Assembly (NCBI RefSeq): GCF_001194135.2
Contig: NC_069001.1
Span: 397,256 to 433,869, forward strand
Reading direction: 5' to 3'
Length of the DNA stretch: 36,614 nt
From: Octopus bimaculoides
Lineage: Eukaryota
A program made the translations under genes and the position numbers. Of the stretch, positions 1 to 12,124 are shown piece by piece. Under the pieces are notes generated by a model, which did not search any database, was not told the DNA's origin, and worked only from the letters and a program-made list of their open reading frames with translations. Position 1 is the first letter of the stretch. The number at the start of each line of letters is the position of its first letter.

Positions 1-61
<61 letters not shown>

Positions 62-1088
62 CACATAGATATATACATAAGCCAGGCGGTTCATTATTTT
101 TTCTCTTTACCTTCGTGAATTAAGAGTATTGCTGTGTGGGAGACATCTTAAGGTAGAGGAATAGTATTTAGCTGCTATTTCTAAATTCTGGTATGTGGTG
201 AAGCAATTTGCTGAACCCTAATTATAATTATGCTTATAATTATATAATTGTTGTATAAGGTTACCAATAATGGTTATTTTAACATACCGAACTACTTGGT
301 AAAATTATTAATTATTAATTAATTAATTTTACCCTTTATTGTTATTGAAAAAATATATATTTATATATATGTACATATATGTATATTGATAGATAGATAG
401 ATAGATAGAGAGATAGTTAGAGAGATAGATAGATAGATAGATAGATAGATATGCATATATTGATGTAGATACATATTATACATGTGTGTGTGTGAACATG
501 CATAAATATGCGTAGATATATTTTGATACAGATATTTATTTATATATGAATACATATTTATGTATATATATTTATGTATATATATATATATACACACAGA
601 AGATGAATAAGCAAGTAGATAAATATCACTATATACATGAGTATGTATGCATGTATAATGAATGATGTGGGCCACAGAACTGCTTAAAACATGTATAGTT
701 GTAATTATAAAGTTGACTCAATAATTGTATGTAAACTCAGGTGAAATTTTGTAGCGACTCGGCTACAACATTTTGTCTAACCTCTTGCCGAATTATCATC
801 TCTTTAAATGAAATTGCTTTATGTTCTTGTATGGTATACATTGCAAAACCTATAGAAAAGCAAAGAAATGTACATATATTTATATATATTATATTTAGAT
901 ATATATAACTCTATATATATGTGAACATATGACTATACACACACACGCACACACATACCTATATATAAATATTTAAAGAAAGAGTTCAAAAGATGCAAAG
1001 ATATATGTGTGATTATATAAATATGCACATACACATACATGTATATATATATGTATGTATTTATGTATGCATACTATATATAATATAA

Positions 1089-1322
1089 AGGCACATGGCT
1101 TGGTGGTTAGGGTGTTGCTGTTGTGATCCTAAGATTTTCGCTTCATTACTTGGCCCAAACAATACGTTTTGTTCCTAGGCAAAACACTTCATATCACTCC
1201 CGTCCACTCAGGTAGGAAAAATGAGTAATTCTGTGGCAGACCGGTGCCCTGTCAAGCGGGAAATATATTCACCACGGAAACCAGGAAACTGGCTTCATGA
1301 GGCTACGGCACAGGATAGACCT
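1089..1322 (+). mobile_element. tRNA-derived SINE, diverged copy
   Basis: Head GGCACATGGCTTGGTGGTTAGGGTGTT is A-box-like. The body 'ctaggcaaaacacttcatatcac..ccgtccactcaggtaggaaaaatgagt' is homologous to 'ttgagcaagacactttatttcac..gcactcagctggcaaaaatgagt' in the copy at 30531. Confidence 0.7.
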
Positions 1323-1455
1323 ACAAACTTTGCTTTATTCTATATATTACATATTATATGTGTGTTTGTTTTTGTTTATGTATGTATGTATATATACATA
1401 TACATCTATATATACACATACATAAATATTTATATATATATATATCTATATATAT

Positions 1456-1593
1456 AGTTCACAAATGAAATCTAGAAATTGTTCAAAAGATTCAAACTTG
1501 GACTCTGATGTATTTACAGGGGATCAATTCCACAGGGTTAAAGAAGGGCCATAAGAGGGACCAAGCTGAGTGGGTTTAGAGGCAATTATGCCG
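1456..1593. repeat. Dispersed repeat, copy 1, abutting (TA)n
   Basis: Shares 'tttacaggggatc(a/g)attccacagggttaaagaa(g/a)ggccataagaggga(c/t)caagctga..gggtttagaggcaattatgccg' with 19121-19288. Confidence 0.85.
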
Positions 1594-1693
1594 ATAAAAC
1601 AAATGAGACACATCAAATATACAAAATATATTAAATTACATCAAATACTTGCAATATATTTGAAGTGTCTAATTTATTTATCCACCTAATTGC

Positions 1694-1756
<63 letters not shown>

Positions 1757-1881
1757 GTTGAGGAGGGTATTGGATTTAACCAAACCCAGGAGGATACAGG
1801 TAATACCGAGTAAGTGCTGTATACCGACTAGTTTGCCCCAGTCGTTGTATGAATATAATAATAGATTACTTTATTTTTTCT

Positions 1882-1930
1882 GTCACCGATGAAGGGAAGT
1901 ACTGGATCTTCCCAGAAACAGCTGTAAGAC
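1882..1930 (+). ncRNA. Minimal type-I hammerhead ribozyme motif (Penelope-like retroelement type), possibly degenerate
   Basis: CCGATGA core (1886-92), A, stem II GGGAAG/CTTCCC (1894-99/1908-13), A, GAAA (1915-18), stem III AC/GT around palindromic loop AGCT, cleavage triplet GTA (1924-26), partial stem I GTC/GAC. Confidence 0.6.
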
Positions 1931-1985
1931 TCTATCCATAAAATACTTCTCCAACCTTACCTTTGCTCTCTTTATNNNNNNNNNN

Positions 1986-2020
<35 letters not shown>

Positions 2021-2203
2021 TGGATTTAGGTATTCAAATATGTGTTTGGTATCTTTGATCAATTTATTGAAAGCAACAGAATATCTCCTAATATTTGAGT
2101 TCTATAAACTTTGTACAGTCAAGTTTTATAACAAATTTAAATGGACCAATGCCTTGTGTCCCCTAATTGGCTGTTTAGGCATAGTAAGCAGTTTGCTGCT
2201 CAA

Positions 2204-2512
2204 CCACTGAGTGGCACCTGAGGCAGGTGTCTTCTGCTGTAGCCTTGGGCTAACCAAATCCTCTATGAATGGATTTGGTGGATGGAAATTGAAGGAAGTC
2301 GTCATATATATGTGTATGTGTTTGTGTTTGTTCCCCTCCACCACTTGGCAACTACTGTTGGTTTGTTTATGTCCCCTGTAAGCTAGCTGTTCAGCAAAAC
2401 GAGACTGATAGAATAAGTACCAAGTTTAAAAACATTTGATGAAGAAATTCTTCAAAGACATGCCCCAGTATGGCCACAGCTAAATGACTGAAACATCTAA
2501 AAGATAAAAGAG
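2204..2512 (+). mobile_element. SINE, 5'-truncated (octopod-type family with internal microsatellite)
   Basis: 'ggcacctgaggcaggtgtcttctgctgtagcc...gatagaataagtac...ccccagtatggccacagctaaatgactgaaac..aaaagataaaaga'. Reverse-complement homologue at 14775-15160. Confidence 0.8.
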
Positions 2513-2576
2513 ATACCCAAATACATATATGTTTAGTACTTGAATTTTCTTATTTATATGCATACATATATATCTT

Positions 2577-2607
<31 letters not shown>

Positions 2608-3018
2608 TAACAAGTGTTAATGTCTGTGTGTGTGTATGACTGTATCCTTCTATTTGCAAAGTAATATACACCATGACTAATTAGATAGAACAGGTAAAAA
2701 TAACACTTGAAGGAATACCTGGCAGTTAGTGTTGCAAACAGAATGATGATGCTTGAAACTTTAGTGAATTTTGTACTGCACAGGCAAACAAACTTTAGCA
2801 AACTCCCAAATTTCAGTAAATAGTTGCATTTATGCATTTATGTACGTATGTATATCGCATGAATAAATTTGGGATTGTAAAAATTTCACAGACTTTTGTG
2901 CTTAATGATGTCCATTTATAGAACACCATCCATGCCTCTAATAATGTGTGCATGCATGTATATATGCCATGCATGCATATATATTTACTTACATATGTAT
3001 ATAAATAAACATGTGTTG

Positions 3019-3067
<49 letters not shown>

Positions 3068-3190
3068 CAAGAGCTTATATACTGGTATAAGCTTCTTTAC
3101 TTATATACATATATATACACATATATATATTTATATATATCTATGCATGTGTGGTGTGTATTAAATATGTATGTATATATGTGTGTTTGC

Positions 3191-3245
<55 letters not shown>

Positions 3246-4044
3246 NNNNNNNNNNNNNNNNNNNNNNNNNNNNNNNNNNNNNNNNNNNNNNNNNNNNNNN
3301 NNNNNNNNNNNNNNNNNNNNNNNNNNNNNNNNNNNNNNNNNNNNNNNNNNNNNNNNNNNNNNNNNNNNNNNNNNNNNNNNNNNNNNNNNNNNNNNNNNNN
3401 NNNNNNNNNNNNNNNNNNNNNNNNNNNNNNNNNNNNNNNNNNNNNNNNNNNNNNNNNNNNNNNNNNNNNNNNNNNNNNNNNNNNNNNNNNNNNNNNNNNN
3501 NNNNNNNNNNNNNNNNNNNNNNNNNNNNNNNNNNNNNNNNNNNNNNNNNNNNNNNNNNNNNNNNNNNNNNNNNNNNNNNNNNNNNNNNNNNNNNNNNNNN
3601 NNNNNNNNNNNNNNNNNNNNNNNNNNNNNNNNNNNNNNNNNNNNNNNNNNNNNNNNNNNNNNNNNNNNNNNNNNNNNNNATATATATATATATATACACA
3701 GGTCTTTGTGCCACAGATATAGTAATATTTTCACCTGCATTTATTGCATAAGTATCCCGTAATTTATTCTGCTGCTCAAAATACTTGAATTTCCTCAATT
3801 ATTTATGAGCTGTTCATAGACATTCAAAATATGCCAATTTTACTCAACACAGGCAATTTGGCAGTTATTATAAAACTGTTTAAATGTATACATTAAAGTA
3901 CATCTTTGTAATATATACAGATATTATTAATGATGTGTATATTTTCAGCTATCAATTTATATATATTGGCTCTCCATGAGCACTCCGTAAATGGCCCATA
4001 CATTTTAAAACATACTTAATATTATATATGTATGTATGAGTGTA

Positions 4045-4105
<61 letters not shown>

Positions 4106-4421
4106 ATATATATATTTGTATAGTGCAATTATTACATACTTTTCCATAATCTAATATATAGTCATGTAATAAACTGCATATTACATCATATATATATGCC
4201 TGCATTTATATGTTTGTGTAAATACATACTTATATATATCTTTCGGTCATTTGCTTATATTTCAAATTTGTCGCTTCAAATCGGAGAATATCATTATGAT
4301 ATATATTATATACAGTTATCAAATATATATATACATATATATACATACATATACATTCATATTTTTATAAACACATATATATCTATCTATACACACATAC
4401 AAATATATACATATAGATGTG

Positions 4422-4485
<64 letters not shown>

Positions 4486-5488
4486 TGAAAGTTTGGATGC
4501 TAAATGATCATATTTATGTATCATTAGGACATTATATGTTACAGTATATGATATAATTGTGTATGATATATAATATATATATATATATACATACACACAC
4601 ACCACATTTATTCGTATGTATATATGTCAGCATATCCATGCATATATATTTAGGATTTTATGTTTGTTTAATATGATATATTACCTTATATAACCATGTA
4701 TGATATAAATTTTATATTACATTATATAGATCTCTATATTTTGTATGAGTTTCTCAGTGTATTTTCATTTGGAAGATATGGTTCAATTTTCCATAGAGGT
4801 TTGTAAGTATTTACCCGATTTTCTAAGCTGTTTTCACAGTTTTTCTGTTTGAGAATTCCTCTATTTCCTGTAGAATACCAACTCATTAAGCACTCCTAAG
4901 TTTCTTTGATATATATATATATATATANNNNNNNNNNNNNNNNNNNNNNNNNNNNNNNNNNNNNNNNNNNNNNNNNNNNNNNNNNNNNNNNNNNNNNNNN
5001 NNNNNNNNNNNNNNNNNNNNNNNNNNNNNNNNNNNNNNNNNNNNNNNNNNNNNNNNNNNNNNNNNNNNNNNNNNNNNNNNNNNNNNNNNNNNNNNNNNNN
5101 NNNNNNNNNNNNNNNNNNNNNNNNNNNNNNNNNNNNNNNNNNNNNNNNNNNNNNNNNNNNNNNNNNNNNNNNNNNNNNNNNNNNNNNNNNNNNNNNNNNN
5201 NNNNNNNNNNNNNNNNNNNNNNNNNNNNNNNNNNNNNNNNNNNNNNNNNNNNNNNNNNNNNNNNNNNNNNNNNNNNNNNNNNNNNNNNNNNNNNNNNNNN
5301 NNNNNNNNNNNNNNNNNNNNNNNNNNNNNNNNNNNNNNNNNNNNNNNNNNNNNNNNNNNNNNNNNNNNNNNNNNNNNNNNNNNNNNNNNNNNNNNNNNNN
5401 NNNNNNNNNNNNNNNNNNNNNNNNNNNNNNNNNNNNNNNNNNNNNNNNNNNNNNNNNNNNNNNNNNNNNNNNNNNNNNNNNNNNNNNN

Positions 5489-5530
<42 letters not shown>

Positions 5531-6732
5531 CATATATATACATATATATGTACATATATATACATATATACATATATATACATATATAGATATATATATA
5601 CACATATACATATATGCATGCTAATATGTAACATATATATAGCTATATATGTATACATACACACACACATATACACACACACACACACACCTATATATAT
5701 ATATAGCTAGATGGATGGATAGACAGATAGATAGATAAATAGATATATCATGTTTATATATCACAGACATATATTTATATACCATACATATGCGTATCTA
5801 TATATAATGTATATGCTTATATATATATATGATATATTTGCATNNNNNNNNNNTATATATATATATATATGTATGTATGTGTGTATATAAAGATTACTAT
5901 GTCTATATCAATAACTTAATACTGTATTCTGTATATTATTATAACAATACATTTCTTACAATATTTTGCATAATATTGTATTATGTAATAATTGTTATGT
6001 AAGATTTCATACTTTAAACTAAATGCACCTGTTGCTAGTGTGTGTGCGTGCGTTTGTGACTGAGTGTTTGCATACGTGATTGCGTACGTGCATGTCCATT
6101 CATTAAAGTTAACAACTTTTTGTCATTGAATCCCTGAGTATTCAGAAATTGCTTTGTTACCTGTTTAAGAGGACAAACTATTTCAAAATGAGAGAATATC
6201 AAATAAGACAGAAAACTTTGACAAAAAGTATGTGGCTATGTTATGGCAAGTTTAGGAGAGATTGTGAGAGATATATAGATGCCAAATGCATCACAACTAG
6301 TTTATTTATTACTCCGGCAGATAAGTTTTCTTTAACTTTCAAGAACTTTTTATTTCACATCTACTTGAATCACTGATTTATACTGCACCTCAGTATGTAA
6401 ACCCATAAATCCTTTTTTATTCTTTCTTGTAAAATAATGCCGTATTTGGTAATTAGAGCTAAATATATGTACGCATTTTTAATTCATAAAATTTTAATGA
6501 CGTCTGTATCGAAATTCATGCATTGTTTTCATTGTTGCATGAATATCTCGTTACATGAAATGATTGAATTTGTTTAGAAAGTTTTATGTAAAATGAATTG
6601 TTTACATCTTCATAGCTCTGTGCTATAACTAACTTATTCTTTCAATACCATTTCAAAAAAGTAATTTAAAAAAGCATCTGTATACTAATTATTCTACTGT
6701 TGCCTATATATATATATAATTGGATTTTGTCC

Positions 6733-6827
<95 letters not shown>

Positions 6828-6999
6828 ATATAACATATGTATATATATATATTTATATATATATATGTATGTATATATATACATGCACATATATTAATAT
6901 ACATAATTTACACGTGTGTATGTGTGTGTGTGGATATGTTTTGAAAGACCCAAGATACCTAATGACCCCAGGAAACATTACTGATTCTGTATAGAAAAA

Positions 7000-7030
<31 letters not shown>

Positions 7031-7572
7031 GTAGTGTGTGTATATATGTATATATATTTATATATATACATATATATATATATATGTATATATAATATAC
7101 ATACATACATACATGTGTGTGTATGGTGTCACTAATGTGTTATGTTTGATATATGTCTTTGATGCAAACTAATGTTACATCATTCATTTCATCGCTCAAG
7201 AAATGCTTCATTCAATATATCCAATTACGGATGAGAATTTGTCAAAAACTTTATCCAGACTGGGATGTTCCTTTGTCAATTCAAAATTATGGTGAAAAAT
7301 AAATGCACAAATAGATTTTTTTTTTTCTCAATCTTTGGAATCCATTACTTTTCTTCATTTCCCTTTCTTTTTCTCTTGATTTTTCTTTCTTTTTTTTTTC
7401 TTTTTTGTTGATAATTTGTTGTATGTTTTCTTTATGGAATCCAAGAATGAAAAGTTTTGAAATATATCCTCTCCCATTCATAAAGATTACATAATTTTAG
7501 AATGGACTATAATTATAGGGAATGTAGACATTGGACTTTTTTTTTTAAGAAGGATTTTTAAGGGTTGCTTAC

Positions 7573-7660
7573 CTTTTAACCGTCCTCCGTCGTCGTTTTG
7601 TAGCATACATAGTCTTGATAACCCAATCGTCCACCATCAATGTTGTTCGTAGTGGTATCA
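7573..7660 (-). other. Candidate exon (CpG-rich, consensus donor); product unknown
   Basis: Minus strand ...GTTAAAAG|GTAAGC donor at 7572. Open frames: LMVDDWVIKTMYATKRRRRTVK or MLQNDDGGRLK. No good acceptor; 5' boundary uncertain. Confidence 0.3.
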
Positions 7661-8335
7661 CACACACAATATATATAAATATTATATATCTATATATATA
7701 TTTTATATATATATATATCTATATCTATGTATCTGTATAGCTAGATAAATGGATATAGATATAAGTATATATATAAATATGTTTTGTAGAAATGGATAAC
7801 GTTAAATAAAAATAATGATACAATATTTTATATCTATGTATATACATACATTTGTGTAAGTATGTAATTAAATATATACATATATTTAAACATATATGTA
7901 TATATAGTTGTATAAACCTTTGTGTGTATTTTTATAATATATATATTACAATTTTGCAGCATCTATATACAGGTTAAAAAAATTTAAATACATATATATA
8001 TCTTAATATATTTATTTATATATGTATAATTGTTTTTTTGTTTTTTTTTCTTTTGTTTTTTTTTTGTGTTTTTTTTTTGTAACCTACAGCATGTTTATGA
8101 TATTGAATATTATTTCCTTATGTTTTTCTTATCACCTGAAAGTACCCTGGCTAAGATTTGAACCATTGATAACTGCATGATAATTTAGTTTATGAGAAAT
8201 GTTGACAGTAACAACAGCGTCACACAGTGTGGTCTTTTTCTCCCCCATCTATGTGTTAAACACAGATCTCATGGTAGATTAGGCAAGTGTGCACATTTCT
8301 CATCAGAGCATATTGGCAATCAGAAAGTATGGGAG

Positions 8336-8420
8336 TAGCAGCAGCAGCAGCAGCAGCGGCAGCAGCAATGGCAGCAGCAGTGACTGTGATGGTGATGCTG
8401 ATGGTTACGGTGACTGTAGC
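8336..8420. repeat. (GCA)n and degenerate (GAT/GGT) trinucleotide repeat
   Basis: gcagcagcagcagcagcagcggcagcagcaatggcagcagcagtgactgtgatggtgatgctgatgg. Confidence 0.9.
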
Positions 8421-8525
8421 AGCAATTTTCGGTTGCAAGGTCCCAAGCCACGCGCGACCTATCACTTGGAAGTGGGGACTGAATGGTAGGTAGGGATGGA
8501 TGTTGGCTGAATGGCCAGGACTCAC

Positions 8526-8590
8526 CTTGTCTTGCTTGCCACCCCCTACCACCATGACCATCGACATTCATTCATATGCACGCACACACG
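8526..8590 (-). other. Candidate first exon ending in perfect donor CAAG|GTGAGT
   Basis: Minus strand 'gcaagcaagacaag|gtgagt' at 8526/8525, about 155 bp from the GC-box/CCAAT cluster. 5' end unknown. Confidence 0.3.
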
Positions 8591-8680
8591 CACACACATA
8601 TATATAAATGCACACACACACACACACACGCATGTACACACACACACTTATACACACCACTTCCCACCTAAGTCTTACAA

Positions 8681-8718
8681 GCCACGCCCCTTCCAATATC
8701 GTGCTAGCCAATCAGCAC
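8681..8718. promoter_or_regulatory. Sp/KLF GC-box plus two CCAAT (NF-Y) boxes, TATA-less promoter-like cluster
   Basis: GCCACGCCCC (8681-90), CCAAT (8693-97), AGCCAATCAG (8706-15, full NF-Y consensus) embedded in the inverted repeat GTGCT...AGCAC. Confidence 0.5.
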
Positions 8719-8760
8719 TCTGGAAGCTTGTGTTGTTTTTTTTTCACTTCTTTTGTACAG

Positions 8761-8810
8761 ACTCAATATAGTAACAACAGCCAGTGGCCATAATGGCAGA
8801 AGATGGGGGT
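8761..8810 (+). CDS. Candidate start-codon exon (5'UTR + MAEDGG); product unknown
   Basis: Pyrimidine tract 'ttttttttcacttcttttgtacag|' before 8761, ATG at 8793 in strong context (ataATGG), donor |GTAAGT at 8811. Confidence 0.35.
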
Positions 8811-9487
8811 GTAAGTGGGGAGGATGAGGATGATGATAATAGTAATGATGGTGGTGGCGGTGGTGGAAGAGGGAGGGAGGGAGGCCGTAAGACTGTAATG
8901 AGAATTTTTGTGGGAGTGAGATTTGCTGGACAAGTGGAAGGGGAATGTGGGAAGAAAAGAAAAAAAGAAAAACACATGAAAGGACTCAAACAGCAACAAC
9001 AATANNNNNNNNNNNNNNNNNNNNNNNNNNNNNNNNNNNNNNNNNNNNNNNNNNNNNNNNNNNNNNNNNNNNNNNNNNNNNNNNNNNNNNNNNNNNNNNN
9101 NNNNNNNNNNNNNNNNNNNNNNNNNNNNNNNNNNNNNNNNNNNNNNNNNNNNNNNNNNNNNNNNNNNNNNNNAAAGGACAGGAGAAGCAGAGTTGTGACA
9201 GTGAAGAGAGAGACAGGCTTTAAGAACTACCTGTGTTTTATATTTGATCTGTTTAGCTGCAGTTTGTGTGTGTGTGTGTGTGTATTTACTTATATGTATG
9301 TGTATCTATATTCATGTGTGCAGGTGTGTGTGTGTCTCATCATCATTTAATGTGTGTGTGTGTGTGTGTAAGAATTGGCTCAGTCTCATTTTGATACGCT
9401 GTATGTATGTGTGTGTGTGTGTGTGTGTGTGCTTCATATACACACATGTACAGATCAAAGCACATATCTATATAGCTAGTTAATTAG

Positions 9488-9527
9488 TTAGACAGACAGA
9501 CAGACAGACAGACAGATAAACATAGTC

Positions 9528-9588
<61 letters not shown>
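9488..9588. repeat. (GACA)n/(GATA)n microsatellite
   Basis: Direct reading of tandem tetranucleotides. Confidence 0.95.
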
Positions 9589-9589
<1 letters not shown>

Positions 9590-9820
9590 ATAGTTACACA
9601 CACACATATATATAATCACCCCCCCACACACATATATATAATCACCCCCCCACACACACACACATATTCATATATATCTATATGTGTATGTGTGTATATA
9701 ATATACATATATATGTATGTGTGTATGTATGTATATGTATGCGTGTGTGTGTGTGTGTGTATGTATCTACTTATATGTGTTTGTATATATATGAATGTGT
9801 TTTGTTATTCTTACCTATAC

Positions 9821-10029
9821 AAGATGGTGAGCTGTGAGAATTGTTGTGAGACAAAATATGCTTAGCAGTATTTGTTCTGCTCTATGTTCTGAGTTCAAAT
9901 ACCACCAAAGTTTACTTTGCCTTTCTTCTTTCAGGGTTGATAAAATAAGTTGAGCTTNNNNNNNNNNTGTAATTGACCCCCACCCTCTCACCCAAAATTC
10001 CAGACTTTGTGCCTATAGCAGAAAGAATG
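9821..10029 (+). mobile_element. tRNA-derived SINE (second family), with small gap
   Basis: 'aagatggtgagctgtgagaattg...atgcttagcagtattt...ttctgagttcaaataccaccaaagtttactttgcctttc...gggttgataaaataag...tgtgcctatagcagaaagaat', including a B-box-like GAGTTCAAAT. Confidence 0.7.
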
Positions 10030-10255
10030 ATATTACACTTTTTTTCCATTTCGGTTGAGATTAGCCAAGATTTCTTGAGACTTTATTCCATGGCTTGATG
10101 CCCTTCTTGACATCAACTCTTCCTTATTTTTGGAGGAGGCTAATTTTTCCCATGTTTGAAATACTGCTACATGTTATATTTTATAGAAAACATAAACAAT
10201 ATCATTGTATATGTGTATATTATCATTATCATTATATTATCATTATATTATCATT

Positions 10256-10345
10256 ATCATCGTTTAACGTCCGCCTTCCATACTAGCATGGGTGGGACAG
10301 TTTTACAAGAGCCGGCCGGGCAGAAGCCTACACCAGACTTCTGTG
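10256..10345 (-). mobile_element. SINE/LINE 3' tail with (GAT)n end
   Basis: Reverse complement of 'cccatgccagcatggacaacggacgttaaatgatg' seen at 28424-28465. Confidence 0.75.
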
Positions 10346-11164
10346 ACTATACACACACATCCATATATATATATATATACACACACATAATACATATACA
10401 GCCATGTGAGAATGGCTGTTAGTCTCTCAAAATTGTATCCTTGTTTCTCAACGAGCATTTTATAAAATTTGCACACAATTCCAAAACCATAACTGAATAA
10501 TGCACAAAGTTAAATATGCCTGGTTCTCGGCCCCACTTGGAACCCAAAAGTGAGGTGAGGAAATGCCAATTGCTGTAATAAAGGACTTAGCGTGTGAGAT
10601 ACACAAATGTCATTTAATGATGCTAAAAGTCTCTTTAGCTTTCTTTTTGAGTTTCTTTTCCCCTCTTCTCTCTCCTTCTTTTCCCCTCCTCTCTCTATTT
10701 CACTATCACTCCCTTTCTCTCTCAGCACACACATATACACATGAACGCACACTCTTCATCATTTCTTAGACAACAGTATACAGTTAGTGTTTACTAGAAC
10801 GTGGTAGTAGTTAAAATCTCCCATGCAAAAATCATTAAACCTGAGTATGTGGTTTCAAGTAGTATTGAAGGATAGGAAATATTTTTATTTCTTCATAGTC
10901 TCTCATATGTACACTTGTTATATTCTTAATGTACTCAGGTATTATGCTCCGTAATAATTTTCATTTTAGAACGAATTAATCTATATAAATGTGCATGTGT
11001 GTATACACACACACATATTTTATGATTTATGTATTTTTTTATTTATATATGCATAAATATATACATTTAATATATATATATTTATTTACATGTATACATA
11101 AACTCATATCTGCCTGCCTGCCTGCCTGCCTACTTACCTACCTGTCTATCTCTCTATCTATCTA

Positions 11165-11240
<76 letters not shown>

Positions 11241-11243
11241 GAA

Positions 11244-11290
11244 GGAATGCCAGCATAGAAAGTAGATGTTAAATGATGATGATGATGATG
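11244..11290 (+). mobile_element. SINE/LINE 3' tail fragment
   Basis: ggaatgccagcatagaaagtagatgttaaatgatgatgatgatgatg. Confidence 0.7.
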
Positions 11291-11300
11291 ATATATATAT

Positions 11301-11418
11301 CATCATTTAACGTCCACTCTCCATGCTGGCATGGGTTAGATGGCTTGATTGGAACTGGCAAACCAGAGGGTTGCATCAGGTTCCAGTTTGATTTGGCATG
11401 GTTTCTATGGGTGGATGC

Positions 11419-11421
<3 letters not shown>
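11301..11421 (-). mobile_element. SINE/LINE 3' tail fragment, tail-to-tail with the previous copy
   Basis: catcatttaacgtccactctccatgctggcatgggtt...gatttggcatggtttctatgggtggatgcc, reverse homologue of 28318-28465. Confidence 0.8.
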
Positions 11422-11456
<35 letters not shown>

Positions 11457-12083
11457 TGAGTGTCTAGGTAATGCATGCTTGTGCATATATATATATACAT
11501 GTGTGTTTGTGTATGTGTGTGTATATATATTTATGTATATATATTTGTATCTCCTTACATACATTTATACATTTGTATCTCCTTGTAGACACATATTTCT
11601 ACAGAAAACTTAATCTATTTGCATTTATCTGGCTATGTATAGTACTGACATACTGTTGTATACATGCATTTGTCTATATATTATATCTATAAAGAGCCAG
11701 ACTAGAAATATATTTTCAATAAATATCATATTCCAATGAATAATTTATAGAAACAACTTTTTCATTCGAATCTTTTTAAATGTAACCCAATTATGAATTT
11801 CTTGAAAGATTACTACGAACACCAACCCAACTTTGATTTCTCTTTAAACTGTGCCTTGTGATAAATCAGATTTGGTATTATCTGGAAACAGACTTTGATG
11901 AACTCTAAAATCATGCAAAACTTCCATATACAGGAAGAATCAAGAATGGTCGCAAGAAGTACTTCAACCAACACAAAATGTGATATGAAGAAGACTCATC
12001 TTTTTACTTTTTCACTTACACATCTGATTGAAGTCTAAAACATTAACAAATTTTCCTTATGAAACCAGAAAAACTGTCACCAT

Positions 12084-12124
<41 letters not shown>

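Noticed and set aside
750-770. Hairpin TTGTAGC-GACTCG-GCTACAA
   Set aside because: A 7-bp stem is expected by chance in 36 kb.
3097-5611. Long ORFs of 180-240 aa
   Set aside because: They run through N gaps and (AT)n tracts (YIYI repeats); artefacts.
6146-6227. Possible plus-strand exon (cag|AAATTG...AAAA|GTATGT)
   Set aside because: Weak acceptor and no recognisable peptide; compatible with chance.
8784-9350. 188-aa ORF MAIMAEDGGVSGEDEDDD...
   Set aside because: Beyond the donor at 8811 it is GAT/GGT low-complexity sequence plus a gap. Only the first exon-like part is kept as a candidate.
9598-9662. Duplicated ~27-bp unit cacacacatatatataatcaccccccc
   Set aside because: Local slippage duplication within a microsatellite.
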